From a virus (Duplodnaviria; Caudoviricetes): DNA of 64,000 bases. The stretch is from positions 20,728-84,727 of the IMG/VR virus record IMGVR_UViG_3300011008_000032. One strand, written 5' to 3'. This document shows positions 18,545-29,448 of this stretch, one piece after another. Both the position numbers and the translations under genes were made by a program. The first letter of the stretch is position 1. Each line of letters begins with the position of its first letter. Below the pieces are notes generated by a model. It was given only the letters and a program-made list of their open reading frames with translations, was not told where the DNA came from and searched no databases.

Positions 18545-20092
18545 ATGGCTAATCAAAAAAGTGCTACTAGTGGCACTCCAAAACGTACTGCTGCAGAACT
18601 TAAACAGTGGTATGAAGAAAATCGAACTAAAATAGAAAAATATACCAGGGCTAAGGATGGTGCTGAAATATTAACGGATTTAACACAGAGTTTTAATCCG
18701 ACTAAGGTAAGTACGATTAATAAAGAAGAACTTAGAGCGTGGTTTAAAAGTATAGGTTCTAATGAAAAGAATTTTAGAAAGACTGCAAGATATTTGTATT
18801 ATAGATCTAATGTATTTTATAGACTTGTAAATTGGTATGCGAATATGTTTGATCTAAATGCAAGAAAAGTAACACCGGAATATAATATTGTTAAAGGTGG
18901 TGACGCTAAAAAATTTCTTCAGTCATATTCTGATACATTAGATTGCTTAGATATATTAAATATACAAAATAATATTCTAGAAGTACTTATTAACGTATTC
19001 ATAGAAGATGTATATTATGGATTAATTATTAAAGATGATACTGGCTCTTTCTTTTATAGACTTGATCCAGATGAATGTATCATAGATGGTAAATATTACA
19101 CTGGTAATTATTCATTTGGAATGGATATGAGTAAATGGGCATCTTCAAAGAAACAAAAAATAATTGAAATGATTGGGGAACCTCTTGTTAGTATGTATAA
19201 AGAGTATGAGCAAACTCGTGCTAAATATATACATGTGCCTGGGGAGTACTCTGCTTGTTTTAAATTTAGAACAGATTTACCTAATCTTGTACTTCCGCCA
19301 TTTGCTCCATTATTTCTTCAGATTGCAGCATTAGAAGATCTCGTGGATATTCAGGCAGAGGCTGATGCGTTAGCTATTTATAAGCTCATATATATGCCTT
19401 TGAACGTATTGTCTGGAACAAAAGAATCTGATGATTTCGAAATAAGTCCTGATATAGCTAAAGATTATTTTAAGAGTCTATTAGACGCTATACCGGAAAA
19501 TGTTGCTGGAGCAATGGTACCCGGTAAAGAGTTAAAAGTTATAGATTTCGAAAATACTAATGATAAAGAAGTAAACTCTGTTGAGACTGCTTCAAATCAG
19601 ATATTGCAGACTGCTGGTGGTGGAGCTGTAATAAATTCTTCCAAGATCACTTCAACTGCTGCTTTTAATGCATGGTTAAAATCTGAAACTGAATTTGCTA
19701 TATCTCCTCTTCTGCCGCAAATAGAAGGATTTACGAATTTACAGTTATCATTTATGTCTAAGAAAGCGGCAAAGGTGAGTTACTTTCCTATATCTGTATA
19801 TACAAAAGACGACTATGCAAAGCGTATGCTTGAATCTGCACAATACGGATATACCAATAGAATAGCATATGGGACATTAATAGGTATATCTGAACGTGAA
19901 CAACTTGCTAGTATATTCTTAGAAAATGAAGTTCTTAAATTACAGGATAAGATGATTTATCCTCTTACATCTTCATTTACTTCTAGTGGTGGAATTACTG
20001 AAGATGGATATACCCCCGAGATAGGACAAGGGGCCCCGGTAAAGGATGCTGGAGACCTTACTCCCGAAGGCGAAAGAAGTCGAAATAGGTGA
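18545..20092 (+). CDS. portal protein
   Basis: 515 aa directly after terminase; YYRSNVFYRLVNWYA pattern typical of SPbeta-like (YonE-like) portals; synteny. Confidence 0.8.
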   Translation: MANQKSATSGTPKRTAAELKQWYEENRTKIEKYTRAKDGAEILTDLTQSFNPTKVSTINKEELRAWFKSIGSNEKNFRKTARYLYYRSNVFYRLVNWYANMFDLNARKVTPEYNIVKGGDAKKFLQSYSDTLDCLDILNIQNNILEVLINVFIEDVYYGLIIKDDTGSFFYRLDPDECIIDGKYYTGNYSFGMDMSKWASSKKQKIIEMIGEPLVSMYKEYEQTRAKYIHVPGEYSACFKFRTDLPNLVLPPFAPLFLQIAALEDLVDIQAEADALAIYKLIYMPLNVLSGTKESDDFEISPDIAKDYFKSLLDAIPENVAGAMVPGKELKVIDFENTNDKEVNSVETASNQILQTAGGGAVINSSKITSTAAFNAWLKSETEFAISPLLPQIEGFTNLQLSFMSKKAAKVSYFPISVYTKDDYAKRMLESAQYGYTNRIAYGTLIGISEREQLASIFLENEVLKLQDKMIYPLTSSFTSSGGITEDGYTPEIGQGAPVKDAGDLTPEGERSRNR

Positions 20093-20097
20093 GGTAA

Positions 20098-20262
20098 ATG
20101 AAACAGTTTTATATACGTACTCGTGATGAAGTTACTAAAAACAAATTGATTAAATATAATTTCACTCTCCTTAAAAAGGAGGGTGATTTTTATATATTTA
20201 TAAATGATGGAACTCAGAAGAAAGGAACTGACAATGAAAAAGCGTTTGATGACATTGTCTGA
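20098..20262 (+). CDS. small hypothetical protein (54 aa)
   Basis: Manual translation MKQFYIRTRDEVTKNKLIKYNF...; RBS GAGGT. Confidence 0.55.
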   Translation: MKQFYIRTRDEVTKNKLIKYNFTLLKKEGDFYIFINDGTQKKGTDNEKAFDDIV

Positions 20263-21823
20263 TTTATATAATTTCTATGCGACCCAAGGTAAAACGCAGA
20301 AATTTAATTGCGAGAAAACTGGAGAACCAATAGCGGTTCAAGTTGATGGTAAATTAAGTTTTTCTAAATCAGACGCTATGGAGGGATTATATCCCACTAG
20401 GGTTCAGCTAAATTTCATTGGGGATAATCTAAACAATTCTAGGATAGAAATGAAAGCTCAGGAAAATGCACTTTCATCTTCTAAGTTTAGGCCCCTTCTT
20501 GCATACATTCATGAAGTGGATGGAGAACCACAGTTCTATGGGCATAACATGCATGAAAATGAAAAAGATGAACTTGTCTATGATGAGCAACCTGTTGGTG
20601 TAATAGCAGAAGAAGCTCATATTGAACATGATGACGAATATGATAAAGACTATGCAGTTGCAAATGGGTATATATGGGAAGAATATTCTGATGCTGCATA
20701 TATACTCGAAAGAGATGAAAAATGTGATGTATCTGTAGAATTATCTATTAGATCTTTATCATATAATGCCAAAGATAAAATCTTAGTTCTTGAAGACTTT
20801 TATTATTCGGGATGTACTATTCTCGGAGTAGATGAGGATGGTGTCAAAGTAAAACCTGCTATGCCCGGAAGTAATATTACTCTCGCTGACTTCAGTGCTG
20901 ATTGTGCTGATTCAGATAAATTGGAACAGATTTCTAATCAACTTAAAGAGTTGATTTCTAAATTTGAATCCATAAAAAATACTTCAAGAAAGGAGGACGT
21001 TCCAGTGGCAGAAGTTGAATTAATGGAAAATGCTGAAGAAGCTGTTGTACAAGAAGAGCAAATAGCCGAGACCACTGAGGGAGAAGTAACTGAAGTTGAA
21101 CTTGAGTCAACTGAGACGACTCCTGAAGAAGTGGAAAATGTCGAGGAAAACATGGAAGTCGAAAATGAAGTTCCAAACGATAATCATTCTGTGAAATTCT
21201 CTGTTACCGATGGTGAAAATACAAAAGATTTTTCATTAAGTCTTAATGAAAAACTTTATGCTATGAATTCACTTGTTAATGAAACATACGGCGAACTTGA
21301 TAATGAGTGGTATGACGTACAGGTATTTGAAGATGAAAAGATTGTTGAAATGTACGGTTTCTTTACCGGAAAAGCATATAGACAGTCTTATAAGATGAAG
21401 AAAGATTCATTCCAGCTTATAGGTGATCGTATAGAAGTATTCGCTAGATATTTATCACAGGACGAAATTAATGCTCTTGAAAAGATGAAATCAGATTTCT
21501 CAGAACTTCAGACTACTTATACTGAGAAAGCAGAGCTGCTTGAAAAGTATGAGTCAGAGCCTACAAAGATGGAAATACTTAATGCTACTAAGTATAGCTA
21601 TGTTGCAGGAACTGAAGAATTCGATGAATTAGTAAAGAATCATTTTGATCTTTCCGTAGAAGATGTAACTAAGAAAGCGGATGAAATACTTCTTTCATAC
21701 GCTGAGTCTGGTTCTCTTAAATTCTCAGTAAATGAAAAGAAAGAACATAAGGATATTAATCCTATCCCTTATGTTGAAAAAGAAACGAAACCTAGCAGAT
21801 ACGGTAATCTGTTTAGTAGATAA
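20234..21823 (+). CDS. prohead protease/scaffold protein
   Basis: N-terminal protease-like region (HNMH, EQPVGV, SVEL) followed by a very acidic coiled-coil scaffold; sits between portal and capsid genes. Confidence 0.7.
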   Translation: MKKRLMTLSDLYNFYATQGKTQKFNCEKTGEPIAVQVDGKLSFSKSDAMEGLYPTRVQLNFIGDNLNNSRIEMKAQENALSSSKFRPLLAYIHEVDGEPQFYGHNMHENEKDELVYDEQPVGVIAEEAHIEHDDEYDKDYAVANGYIWEEYSDAAYILERDEKCDVSVELSIRSLSYNAKDKILVLEDFYYSGCTILGVDEDGVKVKPAMPGSNITLADFSADCADSDKLEQISNQLKELISKFESIKNTSRKEDVPVAEVELMENAEEAVVQEEQIAETTEGEVTEVELESTETTPEEVENVEENMEVENEVPNDNHSVKFSVTDGENTKDFSLSLNEKLYAMNSLVNETYGELDNEWYDVQVFEDEKIVEMYGFFTGKAYRQSYKMKKDSFQLIGDRIEVFARYLSQDEINALEKMKSDFSELQTTYTEKAELLEKYESEPTKMEILNATKYSYVAGTEEFDELVKNHFDLSVEDVTKKADEILLSYAESGSLKFSVNEKKEHKDINPIPYVEKETKPSRYGNLFSR

Positions 21824-21843
21824 ATTTTAAGGAGGAAAATTAA

Positions 21844-22299
21844 ATGGCTATTAGATATGCTATTGAATCCCATGCTTGGGGTGCACCTGCTAAAGTCCTT
21901 GCGGCTGAAGGCGGAAAGCACATTTATAATGTTCAGATTTCTGAAGATTACGATAATACTAACTTCTTAGCTAAAGATGCTTGGTTATCATTTGACCTCT
22001 ATTCGGAGAAGGCCGCTACTGGTTTTTCCGGTATAGTTCGTGAGCAGGCTGCTAATGGAAATTATTATGTAGAAGTTGTAGATCCCGGTGACGCTCTCTT
22101 CGTTTACAATGTTCCGATTATTGAAGAAGAGTTTACCAATAACTTTAAGAAAGAATCTAATTTCTTTAACGCAGCTGGTGATGTAGTTCGTGCATATGAA
22201 CTTGCAGCTGGTGATATTCTTGAGATTTCTGAAGCTGGATTTACTGCAGCTCCTACTATTGGTGCTACGGTAGCTATCAGCGGTAAGAAACTTGCATAA
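21844..22299 (+). CDS. capsid decoration/stabilisation protein (putative)
   Basis: 151 aa, small beta-rich protein immediately before the major capsid gene; highly expressed codon usage. Confidence 0.6.
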   Translation: MAIRYAIESHAWGAPAKVLAAEGGKHIYNVQISEDYDNTNFLAKDAWLSFDLYSEKAATGFSGIVREQAANGNYYVEVVDPGDALFVYNVPIIEEEFTNNFKKESNFFNAAGDVVRAYELAAGDILEISEAGFTAAPTIGATVAISGKKLA

Positions 22300-22321
22300 T
22301 TAAGGAAAGGAGGAAACATTA

Positions 22322-22698
22322 ATGACTAACGAAATTAAAAATCTTATGTTCGACCTTTCCGCAGGTCGTAGTATTTATGACGCAGAGTCAAACAGAGAAA
22401 TCTCTGCAGCAGAAGCAAATGAAACACTTAAGAATTTCTGCATAAATGAACTTGGACTTACAGATAAGTCTACAGAGCGTGATATCAGGAGAGCTATGAA
22501 GTCTCAGAAGGGTATTGAGCTCATGCAGGTTATTGAGGAGATCCTTGACGAGAAGATCGCTACTGGTTGGAAGGACGACGAGTTCTTTGATCAGTTCGTT
22601 GAGATAAGAAATCTCGCAGATGGAGATAAGAATGAGTTCTGGACACAGAAGGATATCATTCTTAACCTTGAGCGTGTTTCGGGCGATCATCATGACCT
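22322..22698 (+). CDS. major capsid protein, exon 1
   Basis: Ends ...SGDHHD-CT; joins 23826 (T ATA GTT CAG) to give DHHDLIVQKL; spliced length 1068 nt = 355 aa. Confidence 0.85.
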
Positions 22699-23825
22699 TA
22701 ACTATAGGGCCTGTGTAGTGAAAGCTGCATAATAAATAATGCATTGAATTGCTGGAAAATCCTAAAGACAACTAAACCACAACGTAATGATGAAATAAGC
22801 ATAAGCGTGACGGTTACGAAAGTAGAAAAAATTAGTTGTATGGAAACGAGGTTAAATCCCCTGTTTTTTTATAATGGACAATCAGCCTCTAAGCCTCGAA
22901 TAGAGGAAAGATCAACGACCATCCCATTGGTTGTAGAAATACAACAACAGGAGTACGGCACAAGTGTGTGGGTGAAAATCCCTTAAATGGAAGTGGTGCA
23001 CATCCCAAGTGGATGAAGATATGGTCTGTTCACAAATGAAAATTTGTGGAGTAGAAATACTCAACCGGGAGTAACGTCCCGATAAAATATTTTCCGAAAA
23101 GAGATAAATTAATATGAGAAAAAATATTAGGTGTGGCATTTATTGTATTGAAAATATAAATACAAATAAAAAATACATAGGTCAATCAGTTAATATTGAT
23201 GACCGTTGGTCTAAACATAAAAGTGAATTGCGTAGTAATTCTCATGATAATGATTATCTTCAAAAGGCATGGAATAAATATGGTGAGGATAATTTTCGAT
23301 TTTATATATTAGAGGAATGCAATAGTTCAGATTTAAATGAACGTGAAATCTATTATATAAATTTATATCAAACATTAGATTATAAAAATGGATATAATTT
23401 AAAAGAAGGCGGTCAATATGGCGCTGTTTCAGAATATGGAATTTCCAAAATAAAACAATCACTAAAAAGAGCATATGAGAATACTGATTTAAGAGAAAAA
23501 CGTAAACTTGATGTTCTTAAACAATGGGCCGATCCGGTTATCAAATCAAAGATACTTGGTAAAAATAACGGCATGTATGGTAAAACACATACAGAAGAAG
23601 CTAAGAAGAAAATATCTGATGCTCAAAAAGGTAGAATTTCTTCTAGACGCAATTTGCAACCAGTACTTTGTATTGAATTAAATAAAATATATAGTTGTGC
23701 CGCCGAAGCAATGAAAGAATTACATCCTGCTTCTTCAATTTTAGAAGTATGTAAAGGACATAGAAAAACTGCCGGTGGCTATCATTGGAAATTTTTATCG
23801 GAAAATATATAAGTTAAACATATAG
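22699..23825 (+). mobile_element. group I intron with GIY-YIG homing endonuclease, in major capsid gene
   Basis: P1 CCU|U/AGGG with U.G; P10 exon-2 UAUAGUU pairs AACUAUA; core P GAAUUGCUGGAAA, Q AAUCAGC, R UCAACGACCA, S AAGAUAUGGUCU; terminal G at 23825. Confidence 0.9.
23114..23812 (+). CDS. intron-encoded GIY-YIG homing endonuclease
   Basis: GIYCIEN...KKYIGQS..I..RW; NUMOD3-like GMYGKTHTEEAKKKIS; C-terminal NUMOD1/IENR1-like HTH. Confidence 0.93.
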   Translation: MRKNIRCGIYCIENINTNKKYIGQSVNIDDRWSKHKSELRSNSHDNDYLQKAWNKYGEDNFRFYILEECNSSDLNEREIYYINLYQTLDYKNGYNLKEGGQYGAVSEYGISKIKQSLKRAYENTDLREKRKLDVLKQWADPVIKSKILGKNNGMYGKTHTEEAKKKISDAQKGRISSRRNLQPVLCIELNKIYSCAAEAMKELHPASSILEVCKGHRKTAGGYHWKFLSENI

Positions 23826-24516
23826 TATAGTTCAGAAATTAAACGAAGGTCAGTCTCAGTCAATTCCTACGAGTGTATATGGTATCAAAGTTGGTGCCTT
23901 CATTCGTGAATTTGTTCTTGGACGTAAGAATTGGTCTGAGTTTACTGATGCCGTTGCTAAGGCATTTGTAAATGAGATCAAGAATGTAACATATAGAGAG
24001 TTTATGAACGCAGGTTCTAAAATCCCTGTATCAGCTCAGTTTAATAAGACTGGTTCTCTTACAGCAGCTACAAAGGATACATTTGATACTCTTCTTGAGG
24101 ATGTATCCATGGCTAATGATGGAGCTCCGGTAGTTATTATGGGTACTAAGACAGCTCTTAGAAACCTTAACGCACTTAGCGATGTTAACTGGAGAGCTGA
24201 TTCTCAGAAGGAATCTGTTGCTCATTCTGGTATGCTTGGTGATTATGAGGGTACAGTTCTTATTGAGATACCTAATAGGTTTGCAAAGAACGATACAACT
24301 CAGAAGCTTATCGATAGTACAAAGCTTCTTATTATGCCTCTTGTAGACATTAAGCCCGTTAAGTTTATCGATGGCGGAGAAACAACTCTTGAAGTATCTG
24401 AAATCGGTGAGACGATGGATGATCGTCAGACATATGAAGTACAGAGACGTATGGGTGTAGGTACGATTATTACTCGTTATTTTGGAACCTGGAATCTCCA
24501 GACAGCATCTGTATAA
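23826..24516 (+). CDS. major capsid protein, exon 2
   Basis: In frame with ORF 24004..24516; highly expressed codon usage; followed by a hairpin. Confidence 0.85.
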
Positions 24517-24569
24517 TATTTATGGAGAGGATAATTAATCCTCTCCTATTTGATTAAAAGGAGAATAAA

Positions 24570-25094
24570 ATGGCAACAAGTATGAAGAAAACAACAACTT
24601 CTAAACCTAAAGTTGAAGAAACATCAACAAAAAGAGTATTTGAACCAAACGATTTAATTCCCTGTAAGTCTATTACTGCTGGCGAATTACTTATGGAAGG
24701 TTATAAAACTAAATTTGTTTATAGATGGGCAGATTATGACGATGTTCAAGAAGTTGAGTATCAGGACTTAGCCTATGATATTCGAATTCAAGGGCGCTCA
24801 TACTCTAAGTATCCCAGATTTATTATTTTAGATGATGATTTTATTGAACAGAATCCGGTTCTTAATGAAGTATATTCTAAAATATATACCATTTCGGATT
24901 TACGTAAAATATTAGAAATGACACCTGCTGAAATAAAGAAGACTGTAAATACTCTTCCTAAGGGAGCGAGGGATTCATTAAAAACAATTGTTTCAACGGC
25001 TATAGCCAATGGTACACTTGATTCTGTTAATAAGATTAAGGTCTTTGATGAGATATTCGAAACTGAGATGGTTCAGACGTTGTTTGATGCTTAA
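24570..25094 (+). CDS. virion-associated protein following capsid gene
   Basis: 174-aa ORF with strong RBS; role by synteny (YonA-like position). Confidence 0.65.
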   Translation: MATSMKKTTTSKPKVEETSTKRVFEPNDLIPCKSITAGELLMEGYKTKFVYRWADYDDVQEVEYQDLAYDIRIQGRSYSKYPRFIILDDDFIEQNPVLNEVYSKIYTISDLRKILEMTPAEIKKTVNTLPKGARDSLKTIVSTAIANGTLDSVNKIKVFDEIFETEMVQTLFDA

Positions 25095-25111
25095 TTAATA
25101 GGAGGTACGTG

Positions 25112-25576
25112 ATGGCCTCGTTGTCTTATGACGAAATATTCAGCGACTTCTTGGGGAGCGTCACGGATTATGAATTAGCATCTATTAACATAGATGATAT
25201 GTATGGTCTGATGACTGAGTATCTCCATAAAGCGTTGTCTTTGTCTTATGTTCGCAGATTATTTAGTTCTGTAGAATTTGATGATACTATTCAGAGCTTT
25301 ACTTTTGAATTAGATAATCAAGTCGATGAAGCCGCGGACTTAGATTTTGTAAAATATATTTTGTCTAAAGGTATGGTGATTGAGTGGTTAAAACCACAAG
25401 TAAGAAGTAAGATTAATATAGCTCAGTTCTTCGGCGGTAAAGAACAAAAATATTATAGCCAAGCTCAACACTTATCAGAACTTCGAGGATTATTAGAAGA
25501 TACACAACTCGAAATGCGTAAAGCAATAAGAGATCGTGGTTATATCTATAATCCGTATTTGAAGGGAGGTAAATGA
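25112..25576 (+). CDS. putative head-tail adaptor
   Basis: Helical ~155-aa protein in neck-gene position. Confidence 0.55.
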   Translation: MASLSYDEIFSDFLGSVTDYELASINIDDMYGLMTEYLHKALSLSYVRRLFSSVEFDDTIQSFTFELDNQVDEAADLDFVKYILSKGMVIEWLKPQVRSKINIAQFFGGKEQKYYSQAQHLSELRGLLEDTQLEMRKAIRDRGYIYNPYLKGGK

Positions 25577-25911
25577 TGTGGAGGCATAAGTATGGCGAAT
25601 TTAATTCTAACCAAATCGAAGAAACTAAGAAATATATTCGCAAACAAATTTACTTCTTACTTCTTTATGTAGATCCAAATACTAAAGACGAATATCCAAA
25701 TGTGAATGTTGAGAGTGCATTCAATAATATATTAAATAAGCTCGGAGGATTAAATGAACTACTCTTCTATCCTACAGAATTAGTAACCGTTTTAAGTCTT
25801 TTAGAGCAAGCTCTCATCGAATATACTAGTCCAAATTTTAATTTTGGAACTTATCGAAAATTAATTCTTGATGCTGGAAATGAGGTTTTAAAGATCAAGG
25901 AGGTGAAGTAA
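25573..25911 (+). CDS. hypothetical neck-region protein
   Basis: 112-aa ORF, coupled start/stop. Confidence 0.65.
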   Translation: MMWRHKYGEFNSNQIEETKKYIRKQIYFLLLYVDPNTKDEYPNVNVESAFNNILNKLGGLNELLFYPTELVTVLSLLEQALIEYTSPNFNFGTYRKLILDAGNEVLKIKEVK

Positions 25912-25912
25912 T

Positions 25913-27067
25913 ATGCCATCTCCTACTGATTATAGAAAACTTTTAGGAAATAAAACTATTGGTCAAGCCCATAAAGATATGTCTGATAAAATAATGGATT
26001 ATACTTGGTGGAATGATATACAATCTCGTGTTATATATTTATTCGACTATTGGCATGATAAGAACAAGACTTTTCTCAATGATATAAAAATTGATGAAGA
26101 TAATATGACTCCTATTGATGCTAAATTTGTAATGTATAGTTCTCAGACGTTTGACAAGGATGCGGTAACTTTCCATCTACAATTTAGGCCAGGACAACAA
26201 TGTAATGTTAATTATTATGATGAGTTTTTCAAAAAGCCATATGACGCATTATTTCCAATTGGATTGTATGCACTCATTCCTGACGAACAAGGAATTTATA
26301 ATCGTTGGCTTATAGTTGAAAAGGCAAACTATAACGTTACACAGTTCCCTACATTTGAGATTTTACGTTGTGATAAAGTATTCGAATGGATTTTTGATGG
26401 GAAGAAATATAGATGTCCAGGCGTTCTCAGAAGCCAGAATAGCTACAACTCCGGTATTTGGGAGGATAACTCCGTGACATTTCCGGAAGATCAATATAAA
26501 TTCTGCGTTCCTATTAATCGAGATACTGAAAACCTTTATCAAAATCAAAGATTAATAATTGATAATAAGGTAAACTCAGAGCCACGTACTTGGCAAGTAT
26601 CCAAAATTAATCGTATATCTCCAAATGGGATAGTGCGAATAACGTTGGCACAGGATAGATTTAATTCGGAAAGAGATTATATTGAAAAAGATTCTGATGG
26701 AAATATTATTGGTCAATGGGCAGATTATCTTACACAACCAATAGAACCAATGGATCCCGATTTTTCCGATTTATTCGAAGCAGAGATAGGTTATACAGGC
26801 GATAAACCTGAACTCAAAATTGGTGGACGGTATAAGAAATTTAATATTGAATTTAAAGATGGAGTATTCAGAAGTGGTAGTTGGAAATGTTTTATTAATG
26901 GAAGTGAATTCACTAATGTAACGTATAAGACTACCGGCATGAAAATAAATGAAATTGGTATCCGTTTTGACGGCGGAGAAGATTACATGGACTCTATTCT
27001 TACATTAAAATATATAACTGATGATGGTAGTGAAATACCATTAGATGTCAAGATTGTTTCTTTATAA
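25913..27067 (+). CDS. putative head-closure protein with C-terminal extension
   Basis: 384 aa; WLIV...ILRCD...TWQVSKINRISPNGIVRITL pattern; neck position. Confidence 0.55.
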   Translation: MPSPTDYRKLLGNKTIGQAHKDMSDKIMDYTWWNDIQSRVIYLFDYWHDKNKTFLNDIKIDEDNMTPIDAKFVMYSSQTFDKDAVTFHLQFRPGQQCNVNYYDEFFKKPYDALFPIGLYALIPDEQGIYNRWLIVEKANYNVTQFPTFEILRCDKVFEWIFDGKKYRCPGVLRSQNSYNSGIWEDNSVTFPEDQYKFCVPINRDTENLYQNQRLIIDNKVNSEPRTWQVSKINRISPNGIVRITLAQDRFNSERDYIEKDSDGNIIGQWADYLTQPIEPMDPDFSDLFEAEIGYTGDKPELKIGGRYKKFNIEFKDGVFRSGSWKCFINGSEFTNVTYKTTGMKINEIGIRFDGGEDYMDSILTLKYITDDGSEIPLDVKIVSL

Positions 27068-27079
27068 TGAGGTGATATT

Positions 27080-27715
27080 ATGGAAAAAGATATTAAAGAA
27101 ATATTACTCTCATTTAAAAAAAACGCTGACTGCGATGATATAGTCGTAAAAGAAAAAATCAAGCACATGCTTATAGATAATGAATTGATTGTAGAAGTAT
27201 TAGATAATCCGGATTTAGAGGGTTGTGAACCCGATGAATATCTTGGAGTAAATATACTACCCTACTATTTAATTGAGCAGGTGCAAACACGCACTAATAA
27301 TTTCATTTGCTATGAAGTCAGTTATGATATGGCTCAAAGTTATCAATATAGTAAATCACATAATGCACTTAATTCAACTGTTAAAACCTTAAATGTAGTC
27401 TTTCATATTCTTTGTGATGAAAAAAATATTGTAGAGAGAAATACCGGTATAGCACGACATGATTTGCTTGCTGCTTTAATCATAGATCAATTTAATTGGT
27501 GTAATGAATTTGGTAGGAAGCTTATTTTAGTTTCAGATACTCCAAGTACTGTAGATAAACACTATGCTTGTAGGACTTTAGTATTTCAACAAACTACTGA
27601 TAACAATATTGTTAAAACACTAGAAGATGGAGCAAGGTTTATTAATAAGGTTAATGACTACCGAAATAAAACTCATAGAGTAGAAAACGGCGAGGACAGA
27701 TCTTTTAATGGCTAA
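27080..27715 (+). CDS. putative tail completion/terminator protein
   Basis: 211 aa; position before major tail gene. Confidence 0.5.
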   Translation: MEKDIKEILLSFKKNADCDDIVVKEKIKHMLIDNELIVEVLDNPDLEGCEPDEYLGVNILPYYLIEQVQTRTNNFICYEVSYDMAQSYQYSKSHNALNSTVKTLNVVFHILCDEKNIVERNTGIARHDLLAALIIDQFNWCNEFGRKLILVSDTPSTVDKHYACRTLVFQQTTDNNIVKTLEDGARFINKVNDYRNKTHRVENGEDRSFNG

Positions 27716-28517
27716 AAAGATAATTGATGGTCAAAAAGTAGACAAAAAACTTAAATTGCGGTATCCGCAAATTGAGTTTGATAAACTACAGATGTACTTT
27801 GGATTCCCATATGTAATAGATTTAGAATCTGCTGAAGGTAGTATAACCGTATCAGTTCCTACTATGAGAACTTTAATTGAATTAGGTGAAAAGCGATTTC
27901 TACAATCTATCAATATTTTTACCACTAACACTACCGAATATAGGTTGGTGTTATGGGAAGCTGGTATTGATTGGAATGAGATATCTGATTTTGAGTTATT
28001 TTGCATGTTATATAAACAAATTGATCCAGAAATATCCAAAGAGATATTAAGTGGAATTGATTTAAATGATTTTGAATTATACAAAAAAAATGAAATCATT
28101 GTTTTATATAATGAAAAATTAAATATTGAAATAAACGAGGAAGTGTATCAACACATTGCTCAATATTTACGAATAGTATTTAGAATAACCCCTCAGGAGA
28201 AAATTACAAAGGATAAATATCTTAAAGATATGTATATCCATAAAGATCAAATGGAAGCAGAGCGGAGGAAAAAGAAGGCCGAAACCGAAGGGAATAGTAC
28301 TTCTATACAACCTCTTATTTCTGCCTGTGTAAATCATCCGGGGTTTAAATACAAACTTAATGAAGTCTTAGACTTAGGAATATATGAATTTTATGACAGC
28401 GTAGGTAGATTAAATATTTATGAAAGCACTACCGCTGTCTTGAGAGGAATGTATTCAGGGTTTGTTGACGGATCCAAGTTCAAGTCTGATGACTTCAATT
28501 TTATGAAAGAACTTTAA
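27708..28517 (+). CDS. conserved tail-region hypothetical protein
   Basis: 269-aa ORF, coupled to upstream gene. Confidence 0.65.
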   Translation: MAKKIIDGQKVDKKLKLRYPQIEFDKLQMYFGFPYVIDLESAEGSITVSVPTMRTLIELGEKRFLQSINIFTTNTTEYRLVLWEAGIDWNEISDFELFCMLYKQIDPEISKEILSGIDLNDFELYKKNEIIVLYNEKLNIEINEEVYQHIAQYLRIVFRITPQEKITKDKYLKDMYIHKDQMEAERRKKKAETEGNSTSIQPLISACVNHPGFKYKLNEVLDLGIYEFYDSVGRLNIYESTTAVLRGMYSGFVDGSKFKSDDFNFMKEL

Positions 28518-28559
28518 CAGCACAGTGCTGATAAAGAAATATTATTAGGAGGAAAAAAC

Positions 28560-29384
28560 ATGTTCAGATTAGGTAATTTCAACATTGATGAAATCATCCA
28601 GGGAACTGCCGAGAACTTCAAGGGTGAACTTCTCTTCTCTCTTGATCAGCTTTCTTCTGCATCTATCGAGATTTCTTCGGAGTCTACGGATATCACAGAT
28701 AAGGCTGGTAACGTTGTTAGAACAATCTATCGTTCTAAACAGGGTACCTTTACGGCTACAAACGCATTCCTGCATCCGCAGATCATGAATGCTGCTTCCG
28801 GATCAGATATTGAGAATGCTTCGGCTACTCATCTTGTATCTATGCCTAAGTTCCAGATTATTAAGGCTGGTGCTACTGTTACACTTGACAGTAACATAGA
28901 CGACGATTCACTTAAGGTAATTGGTATCTTTGGTAATGGCGCTAACTCTGAGGCTCTTGAGAAGGATACAACTGCTTCTGAAGGTAAGTATGCATATGAT
29001 GAGACCACAAAGAAGATTACTCTTCCTGATGCTGGTGAGGATATGCCGGTTAACTACCTTGTTAAGTATGATCGTAACGTTGACAACGGAATGAAGCTTG
29101 TTAATACGGCTGATAAGTTCCCGAAGACAATGGTACTTACACTCTACTGCTCATATGTTGATCCTTGTGATGACACTCTGAAGGCTTGCTACGTTCTGCT
29201 TCCTTCATTCCAGCCTTCACCTGAGACAACAATCAACCTTAGTGCCGATGAGCAGGAAATGGACTTCAACGGATCTATTCAGGTAGATTACTGTGGCGGA
29301 GATAAGCTCCTTTATGCTATCTACTTCCCGGATGAAGATGCTGTTAAGTCTGCAATTGCTGGAGATGACACACCTTCGGTTTAA
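28560..29384 (+). CDS. major tail (tube) protein
   Basis: 274 aa, beta-rich, highly expressed codon usage like the capsid gene, followed by a hairpin. Confidence 0.7.
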   Translation: MFRLGNFNIDEIIQGTAENFKGELLFSLDQLSSASIEISSESTDITDKAGNVVRTIYRSKQGTFTATNAFLHPQIMNAASGSDIENASATHLVSMPKFQIIKAGATVTLDSNIDDDSLKVIGIFGNGANSEALEKDTTASEGKYAYDETTKKITLPDAGEDMPVNYLVKYDRNVDNGMKLVNTADKFPKTMVLTLYCSYVDPCDDTLKACYVLLPSFQPSPETTINLSADEQEMDFNGSIQVDYCGGDKLLYAIYFPDEDAVKSAIAGDDTPSV

Positions 29385-29448
29385 TAGACTAAATTAAAAT
29401 TTAGGAAGAGGGAGTCAATTCCCTCTTCCAATTTTTGAGGAAAATGAT

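Noticed and set aside
22744-23139. ORFs 22744..22986 (+) and 22912..23139 (-)
   Set aside because: They overlap the catalytic core of the capsid-gene intron, lack an RBS and have no protein-like features.
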